A stretch of DNA of 64,000 nucleotides. It comes from Candidatus Microgenomatus sp. Its GTDB lineage: Bacteria; Patescibacteriota; Minisyncoccia; UBA6257; GWB1-50-10. The position numbers and the translations under genes are program-made. Positions 46,510 through 54,955 of the stretch are shown here, in pieces. The notes under the pieces were generated by a model that did not search any database, was not told the DNA's origin, and saw only the letters and a program-made list of their open reading frames with translations. The DNA lies in the NCBI GenBank assembly GCA_020724805.1, contig DYGI01000001.1, positions 175,157 to 239,156 of the forward strand. The letters run 5' to 3'. Position 1 is the stretch's first letter. The number at the start of each line of letters is the position of its first letter.

Positions 46510-48009
46510 ATGAACTCCATTTCTCCAAAATTTCGAAGGTTTCTTGAATGGCTTGCATCCACGCCGCGGGTGGGCGCGCTCCATCTTCAAGGAACCACCG
46601 TGTCCTATCTTCGGTTGGACGGCACCACCGAGGCATTTTCGGTGAAGATGGAACCGGGGTGCCTTGTAGGTGGCCACATTATGGACCGCGGGAAAGTGCT
46701 CGCGGCGTTCACGGAATTACGCGCGCAGCTCGATGGCGGGCAAGGGAAGAAAGGAGAGGGAAGGGTGGTGGTAGTGATGCCCTCCGAACCGGTATACACC
46801 CAGGGGGTGCGCATCCCGAACGTGGGCGAAGAGCGTCTCGAGGAATCGGCGTCGCTCAACCTCCAGATGGTGTCGCCGATGGGCCGCGACGCCGCGTACA
46901 TGAGCTACGAGCTTTTGGAGGGAGGAAGCGAGCACTATGAGCTCTTGGGCGCCTTTGTGGATCGGCGAGTAGTGGACGAATTACGCGCGGTACTCGAAGA
47001 AGCGGGATTCTCGCCTATCATTTTTGAATTTTCCAGTTTGGCGCTCGCGCGTCTCATGACGCGCGTGTTGGGACCGCGGGAATTCGCGTCGCTCGGATTT
47101 TACCTTTCCTCCGACGGACTGGAATTTTTCATTGTGAAAAAAGGAAAGCTTCACTTCAGCTATTTCCACTCATGGGCATCCATCCAAGGAGGAGCGCGAG
47201 AGATTTCGCGAGAGCTTTTTGACGAGGTAGTGACCCGGGAGGTTCAGAAGGTGGTTAATTTCTCGCTTGGAAAATTCAAGGAAAGACCACGGGAGGTGGT
47301 ACTGATGGCGCCGGGACTCGAAGAAGAAGTGAAGGGTCTTCTCACGGCCCGATTCGAGCTTGCCGTAACCCAACTCGAGGTGGGAGGAGGATTCACGCCC
47401 CCGTGGTATGTGGTGCTCGGGGCGGCGCTTCGCGCGAAATCGGACCTCGCGCGCGACGACGGATTGAACCTTGCGCCGCTTCCCTCGCGAGAACTTTTCT
47501 TTGAAGAGCAGGCGCTGGGTTTCGTGAAATTGTGGCGGAACATTGCGATAGGCGTGCTCGGGCTTTTCCTTTTGTTCTTCGCGGGGAGCGCGTACTTTCT
47601 CCATCGCACCGAGGCGAATGTGGGTACCCAACTTTCGGAATTCACCGCGCGTTTCAATGAAAGCGAGCTTACCAAGCTCACACGGCAGGCGGAGGAGTTC
47701 AATGCACTCGTACACTCGGCGACAGCGGTTGCCGAATCGCGGGCGCCCTGGCATCTCATGCTTCGCACCCTCGAGGAAGTTATGAAAGACCACGACGTGG
47801 TCCTCGATCGCATCGAAATAGGGGGTATTGGGAAGGGAGCCACGCTTGTGGCGCGCGCGCTTTCGAACGATAAACTACTTTCGTTCAAAAACACGCTTGC
47901 TGAGACCCCGGGCTTCACCGGCGTGAATCTTATTGTGGCTCAGATAGCCACCCTCGAAGACAACACGGTGGGGTTCACTGTGACGTTCACGCCCGTGTTT
48001 GAAAAGTAG
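46510..48009 (+). CDS. PilM-like / PilN-like fusion, type IV pilus assembly
   Basis: Actin-like ATPase-fold N-terminal part, central TM, coiled coil and PilN-like C-terminal domain. Confidence 0.6.
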   Translation: MNSISPKFRRFLEWLASTPRVGALHLQGTTVSYLRLDGTTEAFSVKMEPGCLVGGHIMDRGKVLAAFTELRAQLDGGQGKKGEGRVVVVMPSEPVYTQGVRIPNVGEERLEESASLNLQMVSPMGRDAAYMSYELLEGGSEHYELLGAFVDRRVVDELRAVLEEAGFSPIIFEFSSLALARLMTRVLGPREFASLGFYLSSDGLEFFIVKKGKLHFSYFHSWASIQGGAREISRELFDEVVTREVQKVVNFSLGKFKERPREVVLMAPGLEEEVKGLLTARFELAVTQLEVGGGFTPPWYVVLGAALRAKSDLARDDGLNLAPLPSRELFFEEQALGFVKLWRNIAIGVLGLFLLFFAGSAYFLHRTEANVGTQLSEFTARFNESELTKLTRQAEEFNALVHSATAVAESRAPWHLMLRTLEEVMKDHDVVLDRIEIGGIGKGATLVARALSNDKLLSFKNTLAETPGFTGVNLIVAQIATLEDNTVGFTVTFTPVFEK

Positions 48010-48502
48010 AGAGAAATTTTTCTGCTGTTTCACGCACCGCCGTTTCGGCGGTTTTTGACATCGGGCGCAGCACAAACCTTCCCGCAGGAAGGCGAGATGC
48101 ATCTCCCTTCGCGCTCTTAGGTAGTGAAGGTCGCACGCCGACGCGAAGGCGCCAAAATTCCTTGGTGCCGAGCGCCTTGATGACCGATTCGACTCCGTGA
48201 TGACCTGCGGCGCCACGGCCGAACATGAGGCGATAAGAGCCGAGCGGAAGATCGGAATCGTCGTGAATGAGAAGGAGTGTGGACGGGGAAGTGCGGAGCG
48301 GGCGTGCCACTGCGGAGCCCGACTCATTCATAAATGCCGCGGGAGAAAAAAATTTCGCGCGCGGGAACATTTCGGCGCCACGCGCTTCAAGCGCCTGTGC
48401 CGCGATGCGTCCTGCGTTGTGGTAGGTGCGCGCGTATTGTACACCCGGATTTCCGAGCCCCACAATGAGCCGTATCGTCTCCGGCTTGAATTCGACTTTC
48501 AT
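47987..48502 (-). CDS. pth: Peptidyl-tRNA hydrolase
   Basis: LIVGLGNPG..Y..T.HNAG, FMNESG, HDDSDL, GHHG, RLRVGV. Confidence 0.93.
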   Translation of the reverse strand: MKVEFKPETIRLIVGLGNPGVQYARTYHNAGRIAAQALEARGAEMFPRAKFFSPAAFMNESGSAVARPLRTSPSTLLLIHDDSDLPLGSYRLMFGRGAAGHHGVESVIKALGTKEFWRLRVGVRPSLPKSAKGDASRLPAGRFVLRPMSKTAETAVRETAEKFLSTFQTRA

Positions 48503-48535
48503 TATCGCTAGAATTATCGCATATTTTCGCATGAA

Positions 48536-48654
48536 TCCCGTTAGAGACAACTAAGTGGTATGTTTATATCTCACCAAATTTACACCACTATGCTTAATAG
48601 AAAAGCCGTGCGGCTCAGCCACGGTCGCCTTGAGGCGACCTACCTCTAACGGGA
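48536..48654. mobile_element. MITE-like element, TIR TCCCGTTAGAG, flanked by (A)TGAA duplication
   Basis: atgaa|tcccgttagag...ctctaacggga|tgaa. Confidence 0.75.
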
Positions 48655-49193
48655 TGAAAAAAGCCCTTTGGTCGCTTTTCGAGGTTCTTCAGACGGTGGC
48701 AATCGCGGTGGTCGCCGTTTTTGTGGTGCGCACATTTATTGCTCAGCCCTTTCTTGTGTCCGGCGCTTCGATGGAACCGACATTTTCGAACGGGGATTAT
48801 CTTCTCGTGGATGAGCTCACATTCCGCTTCCGGGAGCCGGCGCGCGGTGAGGTGGTGGTATTTCGTTATCCCGGCGACGACCGTTCTTTTTATATCAAGC
48901 GCATCATCGGTCTTCCGGGTGAGCGAGTGATGATTAGGAATGGAACCGTGTCGGTGACGAAAGACGATGCGGAAGTGGTGCTCCCCGAGCCCTATATTTC
49001 CCAAACCCTTACTTCGGGCGACATCGACGTGATGTTGGGAGCGCACGAATATTATGTGCTTGGCGACAACCGCGGATTCAGCTTCGATTCGCGAAGTTGG
49101 GGGCCGCTTGGAGACGACCATGTGGTAGGACTTGTACGCATGCGTCTCTGGCCGCTTTCATCCGCGCTCGCGTTTTCCGCGCCGACCTATTAA
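48654..49193 (+). CDS. lepB: Signal peptidase I
   Basis: SGASMEPT, YIKRIIGLPGE, GDNR..S.DSR.WG. Confidence 0.95.
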   Translation: MKKALWSLFEVLQTVAIAVVAVFVVRTFIAQPFLVSGASMEPTFSNGDYLLVDELTFRFREPARGEVVVFRYPGDDRSFYIKRIIGLPGERVMIRNGTVSVTKDDAEVVLPEPYISQTLTSGDIDVMLGAHEYYVLGDNRGFSFDSRSWGPLGDDHVVGLVRMRLWPLSSALAFSAPTY

Positions 49194-49198
49194 CGATC

Positions 49199-50512
49199 AT
49201 GCCAAGCACAAAAAAACCTTCAGAAAAAAAATCCACAAAGCGACCCGCAAGTGTTCCTGTGTTCCAGAGCGTGAAAGGAATGTCCGACGTTCTTCCGAAA
49301 GAAGAGGGATGGTGGAAAGCGTTCCACGAAGCGGGGATGCGCACCGCAGAACTTCACGACTTCCACCTCATTGAAACGCCCATCCTCGAGCCCGCGGACC
49401 TTTTTGAGAAAGGAGTAGGAGCGTCGACCGATATCGTGGAAAAGCAGATGTACACGTTCCGGACGAAAGGAGGGGACCGGGTAGCGCTTCGCCCCGAAGG
49501 AACGGCATCGGTGATGCGCGCATATCTCGAGCACCATCTCGGCTATTTCGCGTCGCCGCTTAAAGTGTTCTACGAAGGGCCGATGTTCCGCTATGAACGC
49601 CCTCAAGCAGGGCGCGAGCGCCAATTTCACCAATGGGGTTTTGAGGTCATTGGAGACGGAGACCCGGTATACGATGCGGAGGTTATCCTCGCCACTATGG
49701 CGCTTTTTAAGGAGCTGAAAAGTGGCCCATTAGTGGTGAAGATCAATTCCATCGGATGTAAAGTATGCCGCGCTTCATATCGGGAGAAGTTGAAGAACTA
49801 TTACCGCGCGCGAGAGAAAAAGTTGTGTAAAGATTGCACGCGCCGTTTGGAAAAAAATCCCTTCCGCCTCATGGATTGCGAGGAAGAAGACTGTAAAGCG
49901 CTCCGCGAAGAAGCGCCCATCATCCTGGATTATCTTTGCCAAAGCTGTAATACGCATTTCAAGTCGGTGTTGGAGCTTGTGGAAGAGAACGGCATTCCTT
50001 ATGAGCCGGATCCTTATTTGGTGCGGGGATTGGATTATTACAATCGTACCGTGTTCGAGGTGTGGAGCCCGAGTGCGGGGAGCGCGCTCGCGGGTGGAGG
50101 TCGCTACGATTATCTCGCGGAGATACTCATGGGACGGTTGGTGCCGGCGGTCGGCGCCGCAATAGGGATAGAGCGCGCAATCTCATTCTTAAAAGGTGCG
50201 ATGCCGACCCCGCCACGGAAAGAACCGGTGCGCGTCTTTTTTGCGGCGGTGGGAGACCAAGCGAAAAAGGCGAGCTTGAGACGAATGGAAGAATTGCGGA
50301 GAGCGGGCGTGCCGGTGGTGGAAGCGCTCGGGAAGCGTTCACTCAAAGGCCAGCTTAAAGTGGCTGATAGACTCAAAGTGCCTCTCGCACTCATCTTGGG
50401 GCAGAAAGAAGTATTCGAAGGTTCGGTGATCGTGCGCGATATGGTGACCGGCGCGCAAGAAACCGCGCTCCTCGACCGTTTTGTGGAGGTGGTCAAGAAA
50501 CGGTTGCGCTAA
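49199..50512 (+). CDS. hisS: Histidine--tRNA ligase
   Basis: LRPEGTA, FRYERPQAGR.RQF.Q, LVRGLDYY, GGGRYD. Confidence 0.96.
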   Translation: MPSTKKPSEKKSTKRPASVPVFQSVKGMSDVLPKEEGWWKAFHEAGMRTAELHDFHLIETPILEPADLFEKGVGASTDIVEKQMYTFRTKGGDRVALRPEGTASVMRAYLEHHLGYFASPLKVFYEGPMFRYERPQAGRERQFHQWGFEVIGDGDPVYDAEVILATMALFKELKSGPLVVKINSIGCKVCRASYREKLKNYYRAREKKLCKDCTRRLEKNPFRLMDCEEEDCKALREEAPIILDYLCQSCNTHFKSVLELVEENGIPYEPDPYLVRGLDYYNRTVFEVWSPSAGSALAGGGRYDYLAEILMGRLVPAVGAAIGIERAISFLKGAMPTPPRKEPVRVFFAAVGDQAKKASLRRMEELRRAGVPVVEALGKRSLKGQLKVADRLKVPLALILGQKEVFEGSVIVRDMVTGAQETALLDRFVEVVKKRLR

Positions 50513-50514
50513 TA

Positions 50515-50549
50515 TTGACCCATTACCCATTACCCATTACTCTTTACCA
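50515..50549 (+). repeat. Heptamer array (ATTACCC) before rpsU
   Basis: ttgaccc attaccc attaccc attactc tttacca. Confidence 0.55.
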
Positions 50550-50554
50550 TTGTT

Positions 50555-50782
50555 ATGGCAATCAAAGTAAGAAAACGCGAAGGAGAGAGCGTAAACACGC
50601 TCCTCTATCGGTTCAATAAACGGGTGCAGCAAAGCGGCCTTGTGCGCGAAGTGCGCAAGCGCCAATTTCGCAAGCGTGCAGAGAACCGGACCAAGCGCAA
50701 AAATTCAGCGCTCTATCGTCGCGATAAAGAAGTAACGCTCTCGCACGAGAGAAAGTTGGGACTTGCCAAGCGCGAACGATGA
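50555..50782 (+). CDS. rpsU: 30S ribosomal protein bS21
   Basis: V.KREGES...LL.RF...VQQSG...E...R.F; position before yqeY. Confidence 0.8.
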   Translation: MAIKVRKREGESVNTLLYRFNKRVQQSGLVREVRKRQFRKRAENRTKRKNSALYRRDKEVTLSHERKLGLAKRER

Positions 50783-51243
50783 CCCTCTTTGAACGGATAA
50801 CGGCGGACGCTGCAAGTGCGGTGAAAGGCGGCGATGAAGCGCGCCGGGACACGCTCCGTTTCCTTCTCTCCTCACTCCACAACCGCGCCATTGAAAAACG
50901 CGGGAAAGGGGATTCAGAAGCGCTTACCGATGAGGATGTAATGGGAGTGGTGGAACGGGAAGTGAAAAAGCGCAAGGAAGCAGCGGATCTTTTTGAAAAA
51001 GGGGGCCGCGCGGAAAGTGCGGCCAAAGAGCGCGCGGAGAGCGGAATACTCGAGGAATATCTCCCCGCGGCACTTCCCGAGTCGGAGATCGAACGGTTGG
51101 TAGATGAAGCTATCAAATCAACCGGAGCCTCGAGCGTGAAGGACATGGGCAAGGTAATGGGCGCAGTGATGAAAGCCGCGAAAGGCGCCCGGGTTGATGC
51201 TTCCGCGGTAGGCGCGAAAGCGAAGGAAAAATTAGGAGGATGA
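50779..51243 (+). CDS. GatB/YqeY domain protein
   Basis: KKRKEA...F..GGR, E..YLP, KDMGKVMG. Confidence 0.92.
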   Translation: MTLFERITADAASAVKGGDEARRDTLRFLLSSLHNRAIEKRGKGDSEALTDEDVMGVVEREVKKRKEAADLFEKGGRAESAAKERAESGILEEYLPAALPESEIERLVDEAIKSTGASSVKDMGKVMGAVMKAAKGARVDASAVGAKAKEKLGG

Positions 51244-51743
51244 TAACGGTTGAGGCCTCGCGTGCTCGATTTCGCCCCGTCGCACGGCGCGTCCGACAGG
51301 CGGCAAGAAAAGCGCTCTCCCGGCTCACCAAACGCCCTGTTTATGTGGGTGTTTTTTTGGTCTCCGACAAGGAAATGAAAGCCATGAATCGCAGCACGCG
51401 TGGTAAGAACAAGTGTACGAACGTTCTTTCTTTCCCCGACGGCGGCGCCTTTGTGGATTCGCCGCGGAAGCTGGACAAGGTTATGCCGCATCCGGAGCTC
51501 CCCCGCGGCACCCGCGCGCTCGGCGAGATATTCCTCGCGCCCGATTTCATTGTGCGAAAAAAAGAGGATATCGAGTTTCTCCTCATTCACGGACTTTTGC
51601 ACCTTTTTGGATATACGCACGGGAAGGCGCGTGATAGGATAGAGATGGAAAGGAAAGAAGACGAACTGTATGGCGTATACGCTCACAGGATTGGACGTCG
51701 GTTCGAGCACGGTGCGCGCCGTGGTCGTCGAAAACACGCGTGA
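51240..51743 (+). CDS. ybeY: rRNA maturation RNase YbeY
   Basis: N...RGK..TNVLSF, HGLLHL.GY.H. Confidence 0.9.
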   Translation: MITVEASRARFRPVARRVRQAARKALSRLTKRPVYVGVFLVSDKEMKAMNRSTRGKNKCTNVLSFPDGGAFVDSPRKLDKVMPHPELPRGTRALGEIFLAPDFIVRKKEDIEFLLIHGLLHLFGYTHGKARDRIEMERKEDELYGVYAHRIGRRFEHGARRGRRKHA

Positions 51744-52893
51744 CGGCACGTTTCTCGTGCGCCACGCGTTTACCCGCCCCATGGCGGGTTTCCGACGCGG
51801 GGTCATGGTGGATGTGGAAGATGCGACCCATGCGCTTCGTGAAGTGGCGCTTGAGTTGAAAAAAGTAGGGAGGCGCGCGATGACAAACGTTTTTGTGAAT
51901 GTGGCAAGCGAGCACGTGCGCGCGCGGCTCTCGCGCGGCATTGTGGCGGTAGCGCGTGCGGACCAAGAGATACAAGACGAAGACATCGAGCGGGTGATAG
52001 AAGCATCACGCGCATTGAAACTTCCTCCAAATGCCACCGTGCTCCATTCGATTGTGCGCGAATATTTTGTGGACGATGTCGGCGACATTGCGGACCCTCT
52101 CGGGATGAATGGAAGCCGACTCGAGGTGTCCACGCTTGTGGTGGAGGCGTTCGCTCCCCATGTGAATCTTCTTGTAAAGGGACTCGATCGAGTGGGGTTG
52201 AAGGTGGGAGGACTCATTTTCAACCCGCTTGCGGCCGCAAAAAGCGCGCTTTCGAAACGCCAGCGCGAGCTCGGGTGCATTCTCATTGATTTCGGTATGG
52301 GCACTACCTCGTTCGTGATGTACGACGAGGGAAAAGTGACCCACATGAAAAGCGTGCCGGTGGGAATGGGGCACGTGACGAACGATATTGCGGTAGGGTT
52401 GAGAACTTCCATCGATGTGGCGGAACGTTTGAAGCTCGAATTTGGCGCTGCCACGACGCGCGACGTGAATCGGCGTGAAACAATCCCGCTCCACGACTAC
52501 GACCCTTCGTCGGACCGCGAAGTGACGAAGCGTTTCCTTGCGGAGATCGTTGAAGTGCGTCTCGAGGAGATATTGGGACTCATAAAAGCCGAGATACGCG
52601 GCATGGAACGGAGTTTGGAATTTCCCGGCGGGGCGGTGCTCGTGGGCGGTGGCGCAAAACTCCCCGGTCTCCCCGCGCTTGTGCGTGCGGAACTCAAGAT
52701 GCCGGTGCAGATCGGCATTCCGTACCTCGATGATTTTGTGATAGAAAATTCCGCATACCGCGAGCTTCTCGAAGACCCTCGCGCGGCGACGGTAACCGGG
52801 CTGGTGTTGTGGGGAGGAAGCGAGAGGGAGAAGGAAATCGTTCCGGGAGGAGGGGCATGGTGGAGGAAGTTGATTGGATACCTCAAGCCGTAG
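51670..52893 (+). CDS. ftsA: Cell division protein FtsA
   Basis: GLDVGSS, IDFGMGTT, G..VTNDIA.GL, GGGAKL. Confidence 0.95.
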   Translation: MAYTLTGLDVGSSTVRAVVVENTRDGTFLVRHAFTRPMAGFRRGVMVDVEDATHALREVALELKKVGRRAMTNVFVNVASEHVRARLSRGIVAVARADQEIQDEDIERVIEASRALKLPPNATVLHSIVREYFVDDVGDIADPLGMNGSRLEVSTLVVEAFAPHVNLLVKGLDRVGLKVGGLIFNPLAAAKSALSKRQRELGCILIDFGMGTTSFVMYDEGKVTHMKSVPVGMGHVTNDIAVGLRTSIDVAERLKLEFGAATTRDVNRRETIPLHDYDPSSDREVTKRFLAEIVEVRLEEILGLIKAEIRGMERSLEFPGGAVLVGGGAKLPGLPALVRAELKMPVQIGIPYLDDFVIENSAYRELLEDPRAATVTGLVLWGGSEREKEIVPGGGAWWRKLIGYLKP

Positions 52894-52915
52894 TACGCTT
52901 TTCATACGATTGCTT

Positions 52916-54172
52916 ATGGCAAAGAAACGACGCACAAAGAAGAAAGTTCCGCCGAAAAAGATGGCGGTACCCCGCGTGAAAAAAGGGAAGGGCACGTTCA
53001 CGCGCATTAAGGTGGTGGGCGTGGGCGGCGGAGGAGGGAATGCGGTGACCCGCATGATGGCGGAGAGCGACCGCATCCGCGGCGTGGAATTCATTGCGGT
53101 GAATACCGACGCGCAAGACCTCGACCACGCGAGCGCGCATCGGAAGATATATATCGGGCGCGCACTCACGCATGGGCTTGGCGCGGGAATGAATCCGGAA
53201 ATAGGAAAGCAGGCGGCCGAGGAAAACCGTTCGGAACTTGGCGAAGCGCTTGATGGTGCGGACGTTATTTTTCTCACCGCAGGGTTCGGGGGAGGCACCG
53301 GCACCGGCGCGCTTCCGGTGATTGCCGAAGTGGCGCGCGAGAAGGGAATTCTCACACTCGCGGTTGTCACACGTCCGTTCACTTTTGAAGGTGGCCAGCG
53401 GATGACCATTGCGAACGAAGGTCTCGCACGTTTGAAGGATAAGGTGGATGCGTTGGTCGTTATTCCGAACGACCGGATTTTCAATATCATCGATAAAGAC
53501 ACTTCGGTGACTCGCGCGTTCGGTCACATCGACGACGTGTTGAAAAGTGCGGTGAAAGCGATTGCGGACCTTGTGAATGTGCCCGGCATCATCAATATCG
53601 ATTTCGCCGACATTAAAACGACGATGAAGGATGCGGGAACGACTTTGATTGGCATTGGCGTGGCTTCCGGTCCCGAACGGGGAGCGAAAGCCATGGAATC
53701 CGCCATCAATTCGCCCCTCCTCGAAACCTCAATGGAAGGGGCGCGCGGGCTACTTTTCAGCATCTCGGGCGGGCGCGACCTCAAGATGGCCGAGGTGCAC
53801 GACATTGCAAAAGCGGTGGCAGGGAATTTGGACCCTGGGGCACGCGTTATTTTCGGCGCATATTACGATCGCGGACTCTCCGAGAAAAGCATCAAAGTGA
53901 CGGTGATTGCGACCGGTTTCTCTGGGAGCTGGTCCGGAGGAAGCCGCCTTCCTCTCCAACCGCTCTTCGTGAAGGATATGGCTTCTCCCCCTGCGAGAGC
54001 AAAAAAGGAAACGCCGGCGGACTCACCAGCAGGGATGCGCGCGTCCGTCGGACGGGGAGTGGTCAGGGAAACAGATGAGGAGGCGGAGCGGGAAGAGCCG
54101 GCGTCTCCCGCGCCATCGAAAGAAGATACGTGGGATATCCCCGCATTTCTACGGAAGAAAAAAAGGAGATGA
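52916..54172 (+). CDS. ftsZ: Cell division protein FtsZ
   Basis: GGGTGTG tubulin motif, NTD.Q.L, C-terminal DIPAFLR. Confidence 0.97.
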   Translation: MAKKRRTKKKVPPKKMAVPRVKKGKGTFTRIKVVGVGGGGGNAVTRMMAESDRIRGVEFIAVNTDAQDLDHASAHRKIYIGRALTHGLGAGMNPEIGKQAAEENRSELGEALDGADVIFLTAGFGGGTGTGALPVIAEVAREKGILTLAVVTRPFTFEGGQRMTIANEGLARLKDKVDALVVIPNDRIFNIIDKDTSVTRAFGHIDDVLKSAVKAIADLVNVPGIINIDFADIKTTMKDAGTTLIGIGVASGPERGAKAMESAINSPLLETSMEGARGLLFSISGGRDLKMAEVHDIAKAVAGNLDPGARVIFGAYYDRGLSEKSIKVTVIATGFSGSWSGGSRLPLQPLFVKDMASPPARAKKETPADSPAGMRASVGRGVVRETDEEAEREEPASPAPSKEDTWDIPAFLRKKKRR

Positions 54173-54173
54173 T

Positions 54174-54198
54174 AAAAACCGCCCCCAGGGCGGTTTTT
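54174..54198. terminator. Bidirectional intrinsic terminator
   Basis: aaaaaccgccc-cca-gggcggttttt. Confidence 0.8.
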
Positions 54199-54221
54199 GT
54201 GTTTGCACTGGATATTTCGAA

Positions 54222-54370
54222 GTGTGCCTCCTGAAGGGGATCTCCTTCGCCTCTCGGCGCGCCGGCGCGCACTCGGGCTAGGCACCGCCTCGCGTGCCGT
54301 TCTTCTGAACGGCACAGTCTCCGGCGTTCGATCCCTGCCGCGCATCGAGCAGTCGATGCGCTAGTTGGTG
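54222..54370 (-). repeat. tRNA-Lys-linked structured element with duplicated 3' end
   Basis: gtgtgcctcctgaaggggatc (54222-54242) vs gtgtgcctcctgcagggatc (54368-54387); inverted T-arm copy at 54326-54338. Confidence 0.8.
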
Positions 54371-54443
54371 TGCCTCCTGCAGGGATCGAACCTGCGACCG
54401 TCTCCTTAAAAGGGAGCTGCTCTACCAACTGAGCTAAGGAGGC
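54371..54443 (-). tRNA. tRNA-Lys(TTT), no encoded CCA
   Basis: GCCTCCTTAGCTCAGTTGGTAGAGC..CTTTTAA loop..GGTTCGATCCC. Confidence 0.95.
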
Positions 54444-54540
54444 AGTTGGTTTTTTCTATAGTACCTGCGGATTTCGGTTTTCGCAATCGTTGGCACGTGC
54501 CCCGCGAACTTATACGAGTGGAATAAATTTCTCTCCGAGT

Positions 54541-54568
54541 AGCGTGGTGTAATTAATTACACCACGCT
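54541..54568. repeat. Perfect 28-bp palindrome
   Basis: agcgtggtgtaatt|aattacaccacgct. Confidence 0.8.
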
Positions 54569-54653
54569 GTCATATGCAGTGGGCACATGAGAGGAGAGTT
54601 GAAAATGAAGGAGCGGTATAGCACAATAGGAACGCACTTTTAACAGTGTGTAT

Positions 54654-54725
54654 TCCCCGGTAGCTCAATGGTAGAGCGCCTCGCTGTTAACGAGTGGGTT
54701 GTAGGTTCGAATCCTACCCGGGGAG
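54654..54725 (+). tRNA. tRNA-Asn(GTT), no encoded CCA
   Basis: TCCCCGGTAGCTCAATGGTAGAGC..CTGTTAA loop..GGTTCGAATCC. Confidence 0.95.
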
Positions 54726-54880
54726 CAAGCGAGTGAAATGTAAAGCCGCCGTAAGGCGGTTTTATATTTCCGAGCGCAGCCCCCGGGCATCTGAGCGAAG
54801 CGAGGATACCAGGGGAGCACGGGCGCTTTTGTTATTGAAACGAGGCGAACCCGGGCAAGCGTAGCGCACCCAGCGGAGCA
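54726..54880 (+). repeat. tRNA-Asn-linked element with two degenerate copies of the tRNA 3' end
   Basis: taccaggggagca (54807-54819) and acccagcggagca (54868-54880) vs tRNA tacccggggagca. Confidence 0.65.
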
Positions 54881-54955
54881 AAACAAAAATATCCTGCCTT
54901 GTGCGGCATCCCCATAGGTCGCCGTTTTTTCATACGAAGGGTATAAAATGAGAAC

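Noticed and set aside
51670-51743. 74-nt ybeY/ftsA overlap as a frameshift or pseudogene
   Set aside because: Both genes keep complete motifs; most simply a C-terminal run-on of ybeY.
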